From contig JAJCZQ010000048.1 in the NCBI GenBank assembly GCA_029262335.1, positions 3,844 through 67,843 on the forward strand: DNA of 64,000 nucleotides, read 5' to 3'. Positions 20,247 through 31,678 of the stretch are shown here, in pieces (within the stretch, counting starts at the first letter, position 1; the number at the start of each line of letters is the position of its first letter). The translations under genes were made by a program, and so were the position numbers. A model generated the notes under the pieces. It worked only from the letters and a program-made list of their open reading frames with translations, did no database searches and was not told where the DNA came from. The DNA comes from Deltaproteobacteria bacterium. GTDB taxonomy: Bacteria > Desulfobacterota_D > UBA1144 > Nemesobacterales > JAJCZQ01.

Positions 20247-21120
20247 GGTAGGCCTGTTTTTTATGGTGGGCATAGTGGTCTTGGTATTTGTTATGGATTT
20301 CCTTGGGGACATTCCATTTTACTCAAACGATAAAACTGTTTTTACATATTTTGATTCACTTGGAGAGCTTAGAGAAGGAAACCCCGTAAAGATGGAAGGG
20401 CTTATTATTGGAAAGGTATCTTCTATATCACTTGAAGACCGGCAGCTTAAAGTGTCAATGGATGTGGAAAAAGACGCACCGATAAAAACAGATTCAATAG
20501 CATCTATTCAGATCGCAAGTCTCCTGGGTACGAGTTATGTGAATCTTACTTTCGGTTCTGCTGATACACCACTTAACAATGGTGATTTCCCTCTTGCAAG
20601 TATTGACCCTACTGATTTAAATAAAATTCTGACAAAACTTGATTCAGCCATTGGTTCACTTGATTCAGCGCTTGGAGCCTTTAGCGGGTTTGGCGATAAT
20701 GAAGATGGATTAAACAATATTGTTACAAATCTGGACACAGTGCTTGAAGACCTTGCAGAAGGCAAGGGTACGCTCGGTAAATTAATCAAAGACGATACTC
20801 TTTATAATGAAACGACTGTTGCAATGAAGAATATTAAAAATATTTCAGCAAAACTTAGTGATTCAAAAGGGACTTTCGGAAAATTAATTAACGACGATAC
20901 ACTTTATGTTGAAGCAACCGAAGCAGCTACAAACCTCAACGAGGTGCTTAAGAAAGTAAATGACGGGCAGGGGACTCTCGGTAAACTCGTAAATGATGAT
21001 ACTTTGTACTACGATACTAAGAATGCAGTTATAAAAGTTGAAAAAGGCGTTGATACACTTGAAGACCTTGCACCCCTGGGTACTCTCGGTGCAATTTTTG
21101 GTGTGCTGACTGTATTCTAA
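20230..21120 (+). CDS. mlaD: MlaD/MCE-domain protein with long C-terminal repeat region
   Basis: ATG 20230 after AGAGGG; TM anchor EYRVGLFF..., MCE domain GNPVKMEGLIIGKV...SLLGTSYV, then three GT[LF]GKL..DDTLY repeats. Confidence 0.9.
   Translation: MKNEYRVGLFFMVGIVVLVFVMDFLGDIPFYSNDKTVFTYFDSLGELREGNPVKMEGLIIGKVSSISLEDRQLKVSMDVEKDAPIKTDSIASIQIASLLGTSYVNLTFGSADTPLNNGDFPLASIDPTDLNKILTKLDSAIGSLDSALGAFSGFGDNEDGLNNIVTNLDTVLEDLAEGKGTLGKLIKDDTLYNETTVAMKNIKNISAKLSDSKGTFGKLINDDTLYVEATEAATNLNEVLKKVNDGQGTLGKLVNDDTLYYDTKNAVIKVEKGVDTLEDLAPLGTLGAIFGVLTVF
20761..21009 (+). repeat. Three 102-bp-period (34-aa) coding repeats in MlaD
   Basis: Units start at 20761, 20863, 20965: GKGTLGKLIKDDTLY / SKGTFGKLINDDTLY / GQGTLGKLVNDDTLY. 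Confidence 0.9.
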
Positions 21121-22065
21121 ATGCTGACAACTGAAGTTACACTTGCTGATATAGATTTTAATAACAGGGAGTATGAGTTATTTAGTTCCGAGCCCGGCTC
21201 AAACTTAGAGCAGTCTATCTCTTCTGTTGGCTTATTAAATCCTGTAAAACTGATAAAGAACACTAAAAATTATATTGTTTTAACGGGCTGGAAAAGATTA
21301 AATGTTTTAAAGAAATTGAATTATCCTTCAGTAGCCTCTCTGATTTATAAAGAGGATGAACTCTCACCTTTACAACTATTTACTTATATCTATATCGACA
21401 ATAAAGACAGGTTTACTGAATTAGAAAAAGCCGAACTTCTCTCTAAATTAATAAACTCAGACACATTAACTGAAGAAAAAATTAAAAGTGAATTTTTACC
21501 CATTCTTGGACTAAACCCTTCTTTAAATAATCTCAATAAATACAGATCTGTAGCACTTTTGGAAAAGGAGTTGAAAGAAGCATGTTTTAATGAACTTGTT
21601 ACATTTGAACAGCTGCATCTCCTTAGTGAAATAGATGATCCGAAATTCAGAACAGGGTTTTACAATCATTTCATTAAAAATAATAGATTCAATAACAATG
21701 AAACAAGGGACCTTTTAAAAGATGTGCAGGCAATTTGCATCAGAAGTTCACTGTCCATAGATAATTTGGCAAAACAAATACTAAAAGAAAAACAGGATAA
21801 AAATATAATACGGAAATTAGTAAAAGTGTTATGTTATCCAAGACTTACCGAAACCGAGCAGAAATATAATGACATAGTAAAGGAACTTAACCTTGGCACT
21901 TCATCAAGACTGGTAAACCATCCTTATTTTGAATTAAATGATCTTGAACTCAGAATTAAGTTTAATAATCAAAATGATTTAATATCTGAGCTGGAATCTT
22001 TAAAGAAATCTATTGATGAAGGTAAAATAGAAAAATTACTAAAACTGATAAAAGAAGGTATTTAG
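21121..22065 (+). CDS. ParB/Srx N-terminal domain protein (no adjacent parA)
   Basis: LEQSISSVGLLNPV...YIVLTGWKRL (ParB box, GxRR seen as GWKR), then DN...ELEKA. Confidence 0.7.
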   Translation: MLTTEVTLADIDFNNREYELFSSEPGSNLEQSISSVGLLNPVKLIKNTKNYIVLTGWKRLNVLKKLNYPSVASLIYKEDELSPLQLFTYIYIDNKDRFTELEKAELLSKLINSDTLTEEKIKSEFLPILGLNPSLNNLNKYRSVALLEKELKEACFNELVTFEQLHLLSEIDDPKFRTGFYNHFIKNNRFNNNETRDLLKDVQAICIRSSLSIDNLAKQILKEKQDKNIIRKLVKVLCYPRLTETEQKYNDIVKELNLGTSSRLVNHPYFELNDLELRIKFNNQNDLISELESLKKSIDEGKIEKLLKLIKEGI

Positions 22066-22069
22066 CTCT

Positions 22070-22513
22070 ATGCGGGCATTAATCCAGAGAGTAAATGGTG
22101 CCGGGGCGGAAGTGGAAGGCAGGTTAGTTGGTGAGATAAAAGGGAAGGGCCTCTTAATTCTGCTTGGTGTTTCAAAAGAAGATACAGAACAGGATATTGA
22201 CTATCTTGTAAGAAAAATTCTTAATTTAAGAATTTTTAATGATGAAAATGATAAAATGAACCTTAGTATCCAGGACATTAAAGGTGAGTTGCTTGTAATA
22301 TCGCAGTTTACACTTTATGCGGACTGCAGGAAGGGCAACCGTCCATCCTATGATAAGGCCGCAGGTCCTGAACCTGCAAAAGAACTCTACGAGTTGTTTC
22401 TATCGAAAATTAAGAAGTCCGGATTAAAAGTAGAAAAAGGTGTCTTCGGGGCTAATATGCAGGTTAATCTTACAAACTCAGGCCCTGTTACTTTAATGCT
22501 TGAGAGTAAATAA
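22070..22513 (+). CDS. dtd: D-aminoacyl-tRNA deacylase
   Basis: MRALIQRV, LRIFND..KMN, SQFTL, KGNRPS, FGANMQV.L.NSGPVT. Confidence 0.96.
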   Translation: MRALIQRVNGAGAEVEGRLVGEIKGKGLLILLGVSKEDTEQDIDYLVRKILNLRIFNDENDKMNLSIQDIKGELLVISQFTLYADCRKGNRPSYDKAAGPEPAKELYELFLSKIKKSGLKVEKGVFGANMQVNLTNSGPVTLMLESK

Positions 22514-22587
22514 TTTTGTTATTTTTTAATTTGATGAGAATCCATATAATTCATTGAATTAAGCCTAATAGATATTATATTAAACAA

Positions 22588-23040
22588 ATGAAAGTAGTTG
22601 CAAAGCATCCTACTGTCCGAAGGGACTATTTAATAGAGGAAGTTTTTGAAGCAGGTATTGTCCTCAAAGGCTCTGAAGTTAAATCCCTAAGGGCAAGTAA
22701 TGTGAGTATAAAAGAGAGTTTCGCGATGTTAAGAGACGGTGAGGTCTTTTTGATGAACAGTTATATTGCGCCGTATCTACAGGCAAATGTACACAATCAC
22801 GATACCACAAGGGAAAGGAAACTACTTTTAAATAGAAGAGAAATAAATAAATTAATAGGTAAGACCCATCAGAAGGGATACACGTTGATTCCTACAAGGC
22901 TGTACTTTAAAAACGGAATGGCTAAGCTTGAACTGGGCCTGGCAAAAGGTAAAAAAACGCAGGACAAAAGAGACGATATAAAACGTAAAGAAGCAAAAAG
23001 AGAAATGGACAAGGCAATAAAACGAAATTCAAGGTATTAA
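22588..23040 (+). CDS. smpB: SsrA-binding protein
   Basis: EAGIVLKGSEVKSLR, RKLLL, LAKGKK..DKR; directly upstream of tmRNA. Confidence 0.96.
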   Translation: MKVVAKHPTVRRDYLIEEVFEAGIVLKGSEVKSLRASNVSIKESFAMLRDGEVFLMNSYIAPYLQANVHNHDTTRERKLLLNRREINKLIGKTHQKGYTLIPTRLYFKNGMAKLELGLAKGKKTQDKRDDIKRKEAKREMDKAIKRNSRY

Positions 23041-23053
23041 AAACTAAACAAAA

Positions 23054-23406
23054 GGGGGCGTACTGGCTTCGACGGGAAATGAGATAGCTTATGCTGCATG
23101 TCGAGCTTATTAACTCGTAAAACTGATTAACGCACAATAAGTGCCGAACCAATTAACGCACTCGCAGCCTAAATAGAGCTGTGACGACTGATGAGACTCT
23201 GTCTGTAGGTTTTATTAAGTCGCAATAAATACGGACTGGCCATGAAGTTTTTCCAGGTTGGCGGATTGGCGAGATTTTAGACCAGGATAGCAGTGCATGA
23301 CCCGCCTGTAGGTATTTGCACTGTGAAACTTAAAAGCAGGATAAACATGTAGAGGCTGAGTAAGGCTCTTTCGCGGACCTGGGTTCGATTCCCAGCGCCT
23401 CCACCA
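23054..23406 (+). ncRNA. ssrA: tmRNA (one-piece)
   Basis: 5' GGGGGCG pairs with 3' CGCCTCC-A-CCA including the G3.U alanine determinant; GGCTTCGAC near 5' end; T-arm CTGGG-TTCGATT-CCCAG; 353 nt; follows smpB. Confidence 0.97.
23143..23172 (+). other. tmRNA tag reading frame, (A)AEPINALAA*
   Basis: ATAAGT then GCC GAA CCA ATT AAC GCA CTC GCA GCC TAA; C-terminal LAA degron. Confidence 0.88.
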
Positions 23407-23421
23407 TTCCTATAATTAACT

Positions 23422-24138
23422 ATGAGAACTGATAAAAGAAATCCCGATGATCTTAGGGATGTAAAAATAGAGATTGATACAAACCTTTACGCCGAAGGAT
23501 CAACCATTATACATATGGGAGAGACCAAAGTATTGTGTACCGCAACGGTAGAAGATTCAGTACCTCCATTTCTTAGAGATACGGGGACCGGCTGGGTTAC
23601 GGCCGAATACTCAATGCTTCCAAGATCTACAAAGGAAAGAATGAGAAGGGACAGCGTAAGGGGTAAAATCGGCGGCAGGTCGCATGAAATACAAAGACTT
23701 ATTGGCAGAGTGCTCAGGTCTGTGGTTGATTTTAATTTACTTGGAGAGAAATCAATAGTTATTGACTGCGATGTTCTGCAGGCAGACGGGGGAACAAGGA
23801 CAGCTTCTATTACAGGGGCCTTTGTAGCTCTAAAACTTGCTGTTAATAAGCTTATAGAAGAAGGTCTTGTTGAAAAGGATCCTTTGCTTGATTATGTAGC
23901 TGCCGTGAGCGTTGGTGTTGTCAAAGGGGAACTTTTACTCGATCTAAACTATGAAGAAGATTCAAGTGCTGATGTGGATATGAATATAGCCATGACAGGT
24001 GCCGGCAAATTTGTAGAAATACAGGGTACTGCTGAAGAAAACCCATTTGATAAGAATGAACTCCAGGGACTTCTTGGTATTGCCGAGAAGGGAATTGGGG
24101 AATTAATTACAGCACAGGCTGAAATATTCAATAAATAG
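23422..24138 (+). CDS. rph: Ribonuclease PH
   Basis: [51 protein letters not shown]. Confidence 0.97.
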   Translation: MRTDKRNPDDLRDVKIEIDTNLYAEGSTIIHMGETKVLCTATVEDSVPPFLRDTGTGWVTAEYSMLPRSTKERMRRDSVRGKIGGRSHEIQRLIGRVLRSVVDFNLLGEKSIVIDCDVLQADGGTRTASITGAFVALKLAVNKLIEEGLVEKDPLLDYVAAVSVGVVKGELLLDLNYEEDSSADVDMNIAMTGAGKFVEIQGTAEENPFDKNELQGLLGIAEKGIGELITAQAEIFNK

Positions 24139-24142
24139 AGTT

Positions 24143-24736
24143 ATGGATTTTAAAAATATTATAATTGCAACCAAAAACCGTGGAAAAGTAGACGAGTTTA
24201 AGCTGCTTTTCAAGGACTATTTTGACAATATATATTCTTTACTCGATTTTGATTCAACTCCTGAAATCGTTGAAGATCAGCCCACATTTGCAGGAAATGC
24301 CTTAAAGAAGGCAGAAATCATTGGTAATTACTTCGATAAGATCACTCTTTCAGATGACTCAGGGCTTGTAGTAGATGCTTTAAACGGCGAGCCCGGGACA
24401 TATTCAGCCCGGTATGCAGGTGAAAATGCCACAGATGCAGACAACCTGAATAAACTTTTGAGTGAAATGAAGTCTGTATCTAACAGGAAAGCAAGGTTTG
24501 TATGTGCCCTTGCTTTAGTATTTCCCGATGGGAAAAAAGAAGTGTTTGAAGGTGAATGCGAGGGTTTAATAACAGAAATTAAAAGAGGGGCTAACGGTTT
24601 TGGTTATGATCCGGTATTCTATATATCCCAATATGAAAAAACCATGGCTGAACTTGATCCGAAAACAAAAAATATGATCAGCCACAGGTCAAATGCTGTA
24701 AAGAAACTGATTAATTTTCTAAAAGTTACTAAATAA
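24143..24736 (+). CDS. rdgB: dITP/XTP pyrophosphatase
   Basis: ATKNRGK, DDSGL.VDALNGEPG.YSARYAG, GFGYDPVF, KNMISHR. Confidence 0.95.
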   Translation: MDFKNIIIATKNRGKVDEFKLLFKDYFDNIYSLLDFDSTPEIVEDQPTFAGNALKKAEIIGNYFDKITLSDDSGLVVDALNGEPGTYSARYAGENATDADNLNKLLSEMKSVSNRKARFVCALALVFPDGKKEVFEGECEGLITEIKRGANGFGYDPVFYISQYEKTMAELDPKTKNMISHRSNAVKKLINFLKVTK

Positions 24737-24794
24737 TCAGTATTCCTATTGCAAGAACTTACATATTAAATATATTAGTAAAAGTAAATCTTAA

Positions 24795-26423
<1,629 letters not shown>

Positions 26424-26430
26424 TATCAAT

Positions 26431-28461
26431 ATGACTATTAGCTTCGGTATTGGCGAACTAATTGTATTTAAAAAAAATGAGAAACCCGTACTCGGAATCA
26501 TTTCGTCCGGAACTGATGATTCTTTAATTATTGTTACCGAAGACGGGAAGGAAAAAGAATTAAATTCTGATGAAGTAGATTTAACTACTGGTTTAATAGT
26601 CGATATTAATAACGACAGTGATCAAAGAATTCATACGCTTAGACAGTATCGAAAAGAACTTAACCAGGCCCGCGAATCAGTTGATCTTGAATCACTTTGG
26701 GATTCAGTCGCAGGTTCTGTAGAAAAACTTCCCTACAAAGATATCCTGGACATATATTCAGGGGATAAAACTATAGCTGATGATGAAGCACTAAAGTTTT
26801 ACTGGGCACTAAACAAGACAGATATATATTTTAATACTGAAGATGGTTTCTATTTTCCTGCTGCAGAATCAGAAGTGAAATCAAAACTTCTTCAAAAAGA
26901 GCAGGATCAGAAAAAAATTGCAGAAACGTCCCTTGCCGTCCAGTGGGCGATGAATTTTATAGATCCTGAAAATAAATACGAAGTTAATAATGATTTTGAT
27001 ATTAAGTATTTCATCCAGCTTATAAGGGATTATATTGTTAACAAATCCAGCCAGGACAGAAGAAGGGAAGCAAAGGCTTTCTTAAATCAGCTTGGTATTA
27101 ACCGCCCTGATGATGCTACTAAATTTCTTATTAAAATAGGTGAATGTTCACCTGATGCTGATCCGGACCTTATAAGGCTTGAATCATTTAACTACCTTTC
27201 AAAAAAATCTGAAAATGAAGTACAGGAAGTTTTAACCAAGGTATTTGATCCGGATAATTTCACAGACCTGAGAGGGAAGGAAATTATTACAATAGATGAT
27301 TCAGATACTGAGGATATTGATGATGCCATATCACTTGAAAAAAGTGAAAACAATCTGGAGTTGGGGATTCATATATCAAATGTATCATATTTTATTGATA
27401 AAGGTTCGAGTCTTGATCAGGATGCCTTAAGGAAAGGAGATACTGTCTATATACCGGATACTCGTATAGATATTTTTCCTGATGTTCTTATCAAAAAGAA
27501 ATTCAGCCTCTTTGAAGGAAAGGATAAATTAGCTCTCAGCCTGTTAATTACCCTGGATAAAAAAACCTATGACATTAAAGAATATAAATTTGTACAGTCG
27601 GTAATAAATATTTCAAAGAACTATTCCTATATTGAAGCTCAGACAACACTGTTAAAGGAAAAGAAGGGTAAAGAACTTGTGAACATTGCTCTTACATTAA
27701 GACAGAAAAGAATACAAAAAGGCGCATTTCTATTACAGCTTCCCGAACTTAAATTTGATATTGATGAAGATGGCGGGGTAGAAAAAAGAATTAACAGAAT
27801 GAACTCAATTCCGCATATGATAATTGCGGAGCTTATGATACTTACTAATAACCTGACAGCTAAATACCTCAATGAAAATAATCTGCCCTCGATATTCAGG
27901 GTACAAAAAGATGAAGTACCCCAGGAAGCCAGGGACTATGATATTAATGATCCTTTGTTCTCAATACGGGTTGTAAAACACTTAAGGCCATCTGTTATCA
28001 GCACAAATCCGGGAAGGCATAAATCACTTGGCCTTGATGGTTATGTTCAGTCCACTTCTCCAATACGAAGGTACTCAGATCTTGTGGTACAAAGGCAGCT
28101 TATAGGAATTCTTACCGGAAATGAATGGGTTTATGACGGCAAAGAACTATCTGATATAATAACAAGGATTGGAAATGGTTTTGGAGAAAGAAGACTGCTT
28201 CAAAAGAACAGGAAAAAATACTGGCTTTACAAATATTTTAAAGAGAATGTTAAGGAAGAGATAATAGGCATTGTAAGCGGTGTTAATGATCCAAATGTTT
28301 ATGTTTACCTGCCTGATTATTTTATTGAATTGCCAATTAAGAACTATTCGGGTCCACAGGTGAACGAATATGACGAAGTTTTGCTCAATGTAGATGAAGC
28401 TGACCCATTGAGAAAAAAACTTAAACTAAAAATAGTTTCAGTAAACCATCCGGGTAATTAA
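26431..28461 (+). CDS. rnb: RNase II/R (RNB domain) exoribonuclease
   Basis: Catalytic TIDDSDTEDIDDAIS, IAELMILTN, HKSLGL..Y...TSPIRRYSDL..QRQ. Confidence 0.88.
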   Translation: MTISFGIGELIVFKKNEKPVLGIISSGTDDSLIIVTEDGKEKELNSDEVDLTTGLIVDINNDSDQRIHTLRQYRKELNQARESVDLESLWDSVAGSVEKLPYKDILDIYSGDKTIADDEALKFYWALNKTDIYFNTEDGFYFPAAESEVKSKLLQKEQDQKKIAETSLAVQWAMNFIDPENKYEVNNDFDIKYFIQLIRDYIVNKSSQDRRREAKAFLNQLGINRPDDATKFLIKIGECSPDADPDLIRLESFNYLSKKSENEVQEVLTKVFDPDNFTDLRGKEIITIDDSDTEDIDDAISLEKSENNLELGIHISNVSYFIDKGSSLDQDALRKGDTVYIPDTRIDIFPDVLIKKKFSLFEGKDKLALSLLITLDKKTYDIKEYKFVQSVINISKNYSYIEAQTTLLKEKKGKELVNIALTLRQKRIQKGAFLLQLPELKFDIDEDGGVEKRINRMNSIPHMIIAELMILTNNLTAKYLNENNLPSIFRVQKDEVPQEARDYDINDPLFSIRVVKHLRPSVISTNPGRHKSLGLDGYVQSTSPIRRYSDLVVQRQLIGILTGNEWVYDGKELSDIITRIGNGFGERRLLQKNRKKYWLYKYFKENVKEEIIGIVSGVNDPNVYVYLPDYFIELPIKNYSGPQVNEYDEVLLNVDEADPLRKKLKLKIVSVNHPGN

Positions 28462-28470
28462 TTAACCCGG
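28450..28470. terminator. Short inverted repeat over the rnb stop codon (possible terminator or processing stem)
   Basis: CCGGGT-aattaatta-ACCCGG; no U tract. Confidence 0.3.
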
Positions 28471-28530
28471 TACATTAATATCTTGAAATATAGTTAATAT
28501 GTATTAGTTATATATCAATCGGAGGCAGAA

Positions 28531-29415
28531 ATGAAAAAAGTAAACAATCCATTGTCAGGTTTTAGTTTTAAATACCCACTAATTATTGTTATTGTAATTT
28601 TTCTTGTAACAAGTGCTTTTGTTATAGTTGAAAGCGGGCATGTAGGTGTTATCCGTACACTCGGTGCAGTACAGCCGATAGCATTGCCAGAAGGTATACA
28701 TTTTAAAAAACCTTTTATAGATAAAATAGAACAGATGGACATAAGGCTTACTAAAGCAAATGCCAAGTCCCAGGCAGCTTCAAAAGATTTACAGACTGTA
28801 TCAACACAGGTTACTGTCCAGTATTCACTAGTTGGTGAGGTTGCTCCGCTAACTTATCAAAGAATTGGAGACAGGGACGTTGTCTCAGCCACTCTAATTG
28901 AGCCAGCTATTCAGGAATCTGTTAAGGCAATTACTGCCCAGTACACAGCCGAGCAACTTGTTACCCAAAGAGCAGAAGTAAAACTCCAGATACAGCAGGC
29001 AATTAATAACTTTATTGATATAACCCTAAAGGAAAAAGGAGTTAACAATTCACTCAGGATTGCAAACGTTGCAATTACCGACTTTGATTTTTCAGAGGAG
29101 TTTAACCGTGCGATTGAACTCAAGGTAAAAGCTGAGCAGGAAGCACTCCAGGCACTAAATGAAAAAACCAGAAGGGTAACACAGGCAGAGGCAGCTGCAG
29201 CAGAAAAAGAACTTGCGGCTGATGCAACTGCTTATGAAATAGAAGCAGCTTCAAAGGCAAGGGCTGACGCTATTGAAAGAGAGGCCCGTGCTCTTAAGAA
29301 CAATCCACAGCTTATCCAGCTAAGGATTGCTGAAAAATGGGACGGTAAACTGCCAAAATTCTCAGGTTCTGAAACTGTGCCTCTAATTAATCTTGATACA
29401 ATATTAAAAGATTGA
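28531..29415 (+). CDS. SPFH/prohibitin family protein
   Basis: N-terminal TM, GHVGV...PEGIHF..PFID, SKDLQTV, KAITAQYTAEQLVTQR, FSEEFNRAIE.K, coiled coil, EKWDGKLP. Confidence 0.92.
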   Translation: MKKVNNPLSGFSFKYPLIIVIVIFLVTSAFVIVESGHVGVIRTLGAVQPIALPEGIHFKKPFIDKIEQMDIRLTKANAKSQAASKDLQTVSTQVTVQYSLVGEVAPLTYQRIGDRDVVSATLIEPAIQESVKAITAQYTAEQLVTQRAEVKLQIQQAINNFIDITLKEKGVNNSLRIANVAITDFDFSEEFNRAIELKVKAEQEALQALNEKTRRVTQAEAAAAEKELAADATAYEIEAASKARADAIEREARALKNNPQLIQLRIAEKWDGKLPKFSGSETVPLINLDTILKD

Positions 29416-30287
29416 AATTCGGGATAACTCTTCCCAATTACGGGAAATTTGCTGAAAGGGAATCAATACTGGAAATCAGCATTGCTGCTGAAGAGCTGGG
29501 ATTTGATTCTCTTTGGGCAAGTGACCATATAGTATTACCAACAGATCATAAAGGTTTTGGAAATGTTTTTTATGAACCTCTTCTTACACTTTCTTATATT
29601 GCCCAAAAAACAAAAACAATAAAACTTGGTACCAGTGTAATAGTCCTTCCTTACAGGAACCCGGTTGTCTTTGCCAAATCAATATCCACTCTTGATGTAT
29701 TGTCAGGAGGAAGAGTAATTCTTGGTATAGGCTCAGGCTGGCTTAAGGAAGAATTCAAAGCTCTAGGGGTTAACTATGAAGAGCGTGGCAGAATAACGGA
29801 TGAATACCTGGAAATAATGAAGGAGCTGTATACTAGTGAATCTCCATCATTTTCAGGTAATTATTTTAATTTCAAAGATATAATTTTTGATCCTAAACCA
29901 TTTCAAAAACCTTTTCCTCCTGTTTGGATTGGAGGAAGCAGCCGGAATTCCTTAATAAGAGCCGTTAAGTACGGAAGCGGCTGGCATGCAGTAGGGTCTA
30001 CTCCTAAAGAAATAAAAGCAGGAAAAGAATTCTTAAACACACAATTTGAAGAATGTAATATAAATTCAGATGGTTTTATTATATCGGTCCGAAAGAATTT
30101 ACAGATTACAGACCGAAAAATTAAAGATGAAACAGAACTGCTTAGAGGCGATCTTGATAAGATATCAGCAGGATTTGATCAATATAGGGAGGAAGGTGTA
30201 AATTACCTGGTACTTCAGATTCTAAGTTCAGATTTTAAAGGTGTATTAAACACTATGAAATCAGTAAGTCAGCTATACATCAACTAA
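29412..30287 (+). CDS. LLM-class, probably F420-dependent, oxidoreductase
   Basis: AEELGFDSLWASDH, LGTSVIVLPYRNP, TLDVLSGGRVILGIGSGW..EEF, PKP.QKP.PP.WIGG. Confidence 0.88.
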   Translation: MKFGITLPNYGKFAERESILEISIAAEELGFDSLWASDHIVLPTDHKGFGNVFYEPLLTLSYIAQKTKTIKLGTSVIVLPYRNPVVFAKSISTLDVLSGGRVILGIGSGWLKEEFKALGVNYEERGRITDEYLEIMKELYTSESPSFSGNYFNFKDIIFDPKPFQKPFPPVWIGGSSRNSLIRAVKYGSGWHAVGSTPKEIKAGKEFLNTQFEECNINSDGFIISVRKNLQITDRKIKDETELLRGDLDKISAGFDQYREEGVNYLVLQILSSDFKGVLNTMKSVSQLYIN

Positions 30288-31678
30288 GAATCATTTAAAT
30301 GTTTCTTAATATCTTCAATATTTGTAAATTTAACTCTCGGCCTTCCTTCTTTTTCACCTTTTGCTATTTCTTCCTTATCAATTTGGAGCCAGTCTTCGTA
30401 ATCGATATATTCAGGGTTCCTTTCTTTTATTAATACAGCAATCTTCTCTGAAGTAGGGTTTTCAGGCTGAAATATGTTGTTATTACTAATATCCTCTAAC
30501 ATTAGGGCTACTGTCTCTGCTGAGTCAGTCTTATTAGTCCCAATAACGCCTGTAGGGCCTCTTTTTATCCATCCTGTACAATAGAGGCCAGTTAAAGTAT
30601 TTTCTTCGCTTATATCGGTTATTCGACCGTCTTTATTGGGAATTATGCCCCAACTTTCTTTAAAAGGTATTTCGGGAAGTGGAATACCGTGATAGCCAAT
30701 TGAGCGAAACACCATATCAACATCCAAAATTTCATGATTTTCTGTACCTTTTGGTCTTAAAGAACCATCATCAGATCTGGATAAAGAGTTTTTTACAAGT
30801 TTTATGGCTTTAACTTTGCCATTTTCATCAGAAATAATTTCTGTAGGCGACAGTAAAAATCTGATGGTAAGCGCTTTTTCCTTTGTTTTTGTGTGGTTTG
30901 AATACTCACTTATCATTTCTACCTTTTTATCAACTGATCTTTCCGGATTATCTGAAAGATATCTGACAGTTAAGTCATCAAGTTGAGCTTCTGCATTAGG
31001 TATCAGGCAGTCTGCAATTTCAAGGTTTCCAAGCTCTTTTAATTCAGGATTTGTAAATGCTGCCTGTGCAGGGCCGCGCCTTCCTATCATGTAGACCTCT
31101 TTTACATTACTGTTTACTAATTTTTCAAATGCATAATCAGCTATATCAGTTTTTGATAGTTCTTCTTTGGATCGGCATAAGATTCTTGCAACATCTACTG
31201 CTACATTACCCATTCCAATAATTGCTATTTTCTCTACAGAAAGGTCGAATTCCAGGTCTGCGAACTCAGGATGTCCGTTATACCATGCCACAAATTCCGT
31301 TGCGGTGTGGCTTCTGCCAAGGTCTTCCCCTGGGATATTCATTCTTCTATCTGTCTGAGCACCTGTAGCAAATAGTATTTGATGATAATGCTGTTTCAAA
31401 TCATCAAGCGTAATATGATTTCCATACTCAATTAAACCATAGAAATTAAACTTAGGATTTGCCGCAATCTTATCGTAAACCTTTGTAACTGTTTTAATTT
31501 TTTGATGGTCAGGAGCAACACCCGACCTTACAAGGCCAAATGGTGTTGGGAGTTTGTCGTACATATCTATTTCAATATTTAGGTCACTTTTTTTTAAAAG
31601 ATGGTCTGCTGCAAAAAATCCAGCGGGCCCGGACCCTATTATTGCAATTCTGTACAGTTTGTTTTCAGTATTACTCAC
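30284..31678 (-). CDS. Ferredoxin-NADP+ reductase, adrenodoxin-reductase/FprA type
   Basis: IIGSGPAG, PTPFGLVRSGVAPDH, FVAWYNGHP, GMGNVAVDVAR, RRGPAQAAFT, GWIKRGPTGVIGTN. Confidence 0.92.
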   Translation of the reverse strand: MSNTENKLYRIAIIGSGPAGFFAADHLLKKSDLNIEIDMYDKLPTPFGLVRSGVAPDHQKIKTVTKVYDKIAANPKFNFYGLIEYGNHITLDDLKQHYHQILFATGAQTDRRMNIPGEDLGRSHTATEFVAWYNGHPEFADLEFDLSVEKIAIIGMGNVAVDVARILCRSKEELSKTDIADYAFEKLVNSNVKEVYMIGRRGPAQAAFTNPELKELGNLEIADCLIPNAEAQLDDLTVRYLSDNPERSVDKKVEMISEYSNHTKTKEKALTIRFLLSPTEIISDENGKVKAIKLVKNSLSRSDDGSLRPKGTENHEILDVDMVFRSIGYHGIPLPEIPFKESWGIIPNKDGRITDISEENTLTGLYCTGWIKRGPTGVIGTNKTDSAETVALMLEDISNNNIFQPENPTSEKIAVLIKERNPEYIDYEDWLQIDKEEIAKGEKEGRPRVKFTNIEDIKKHLNDS

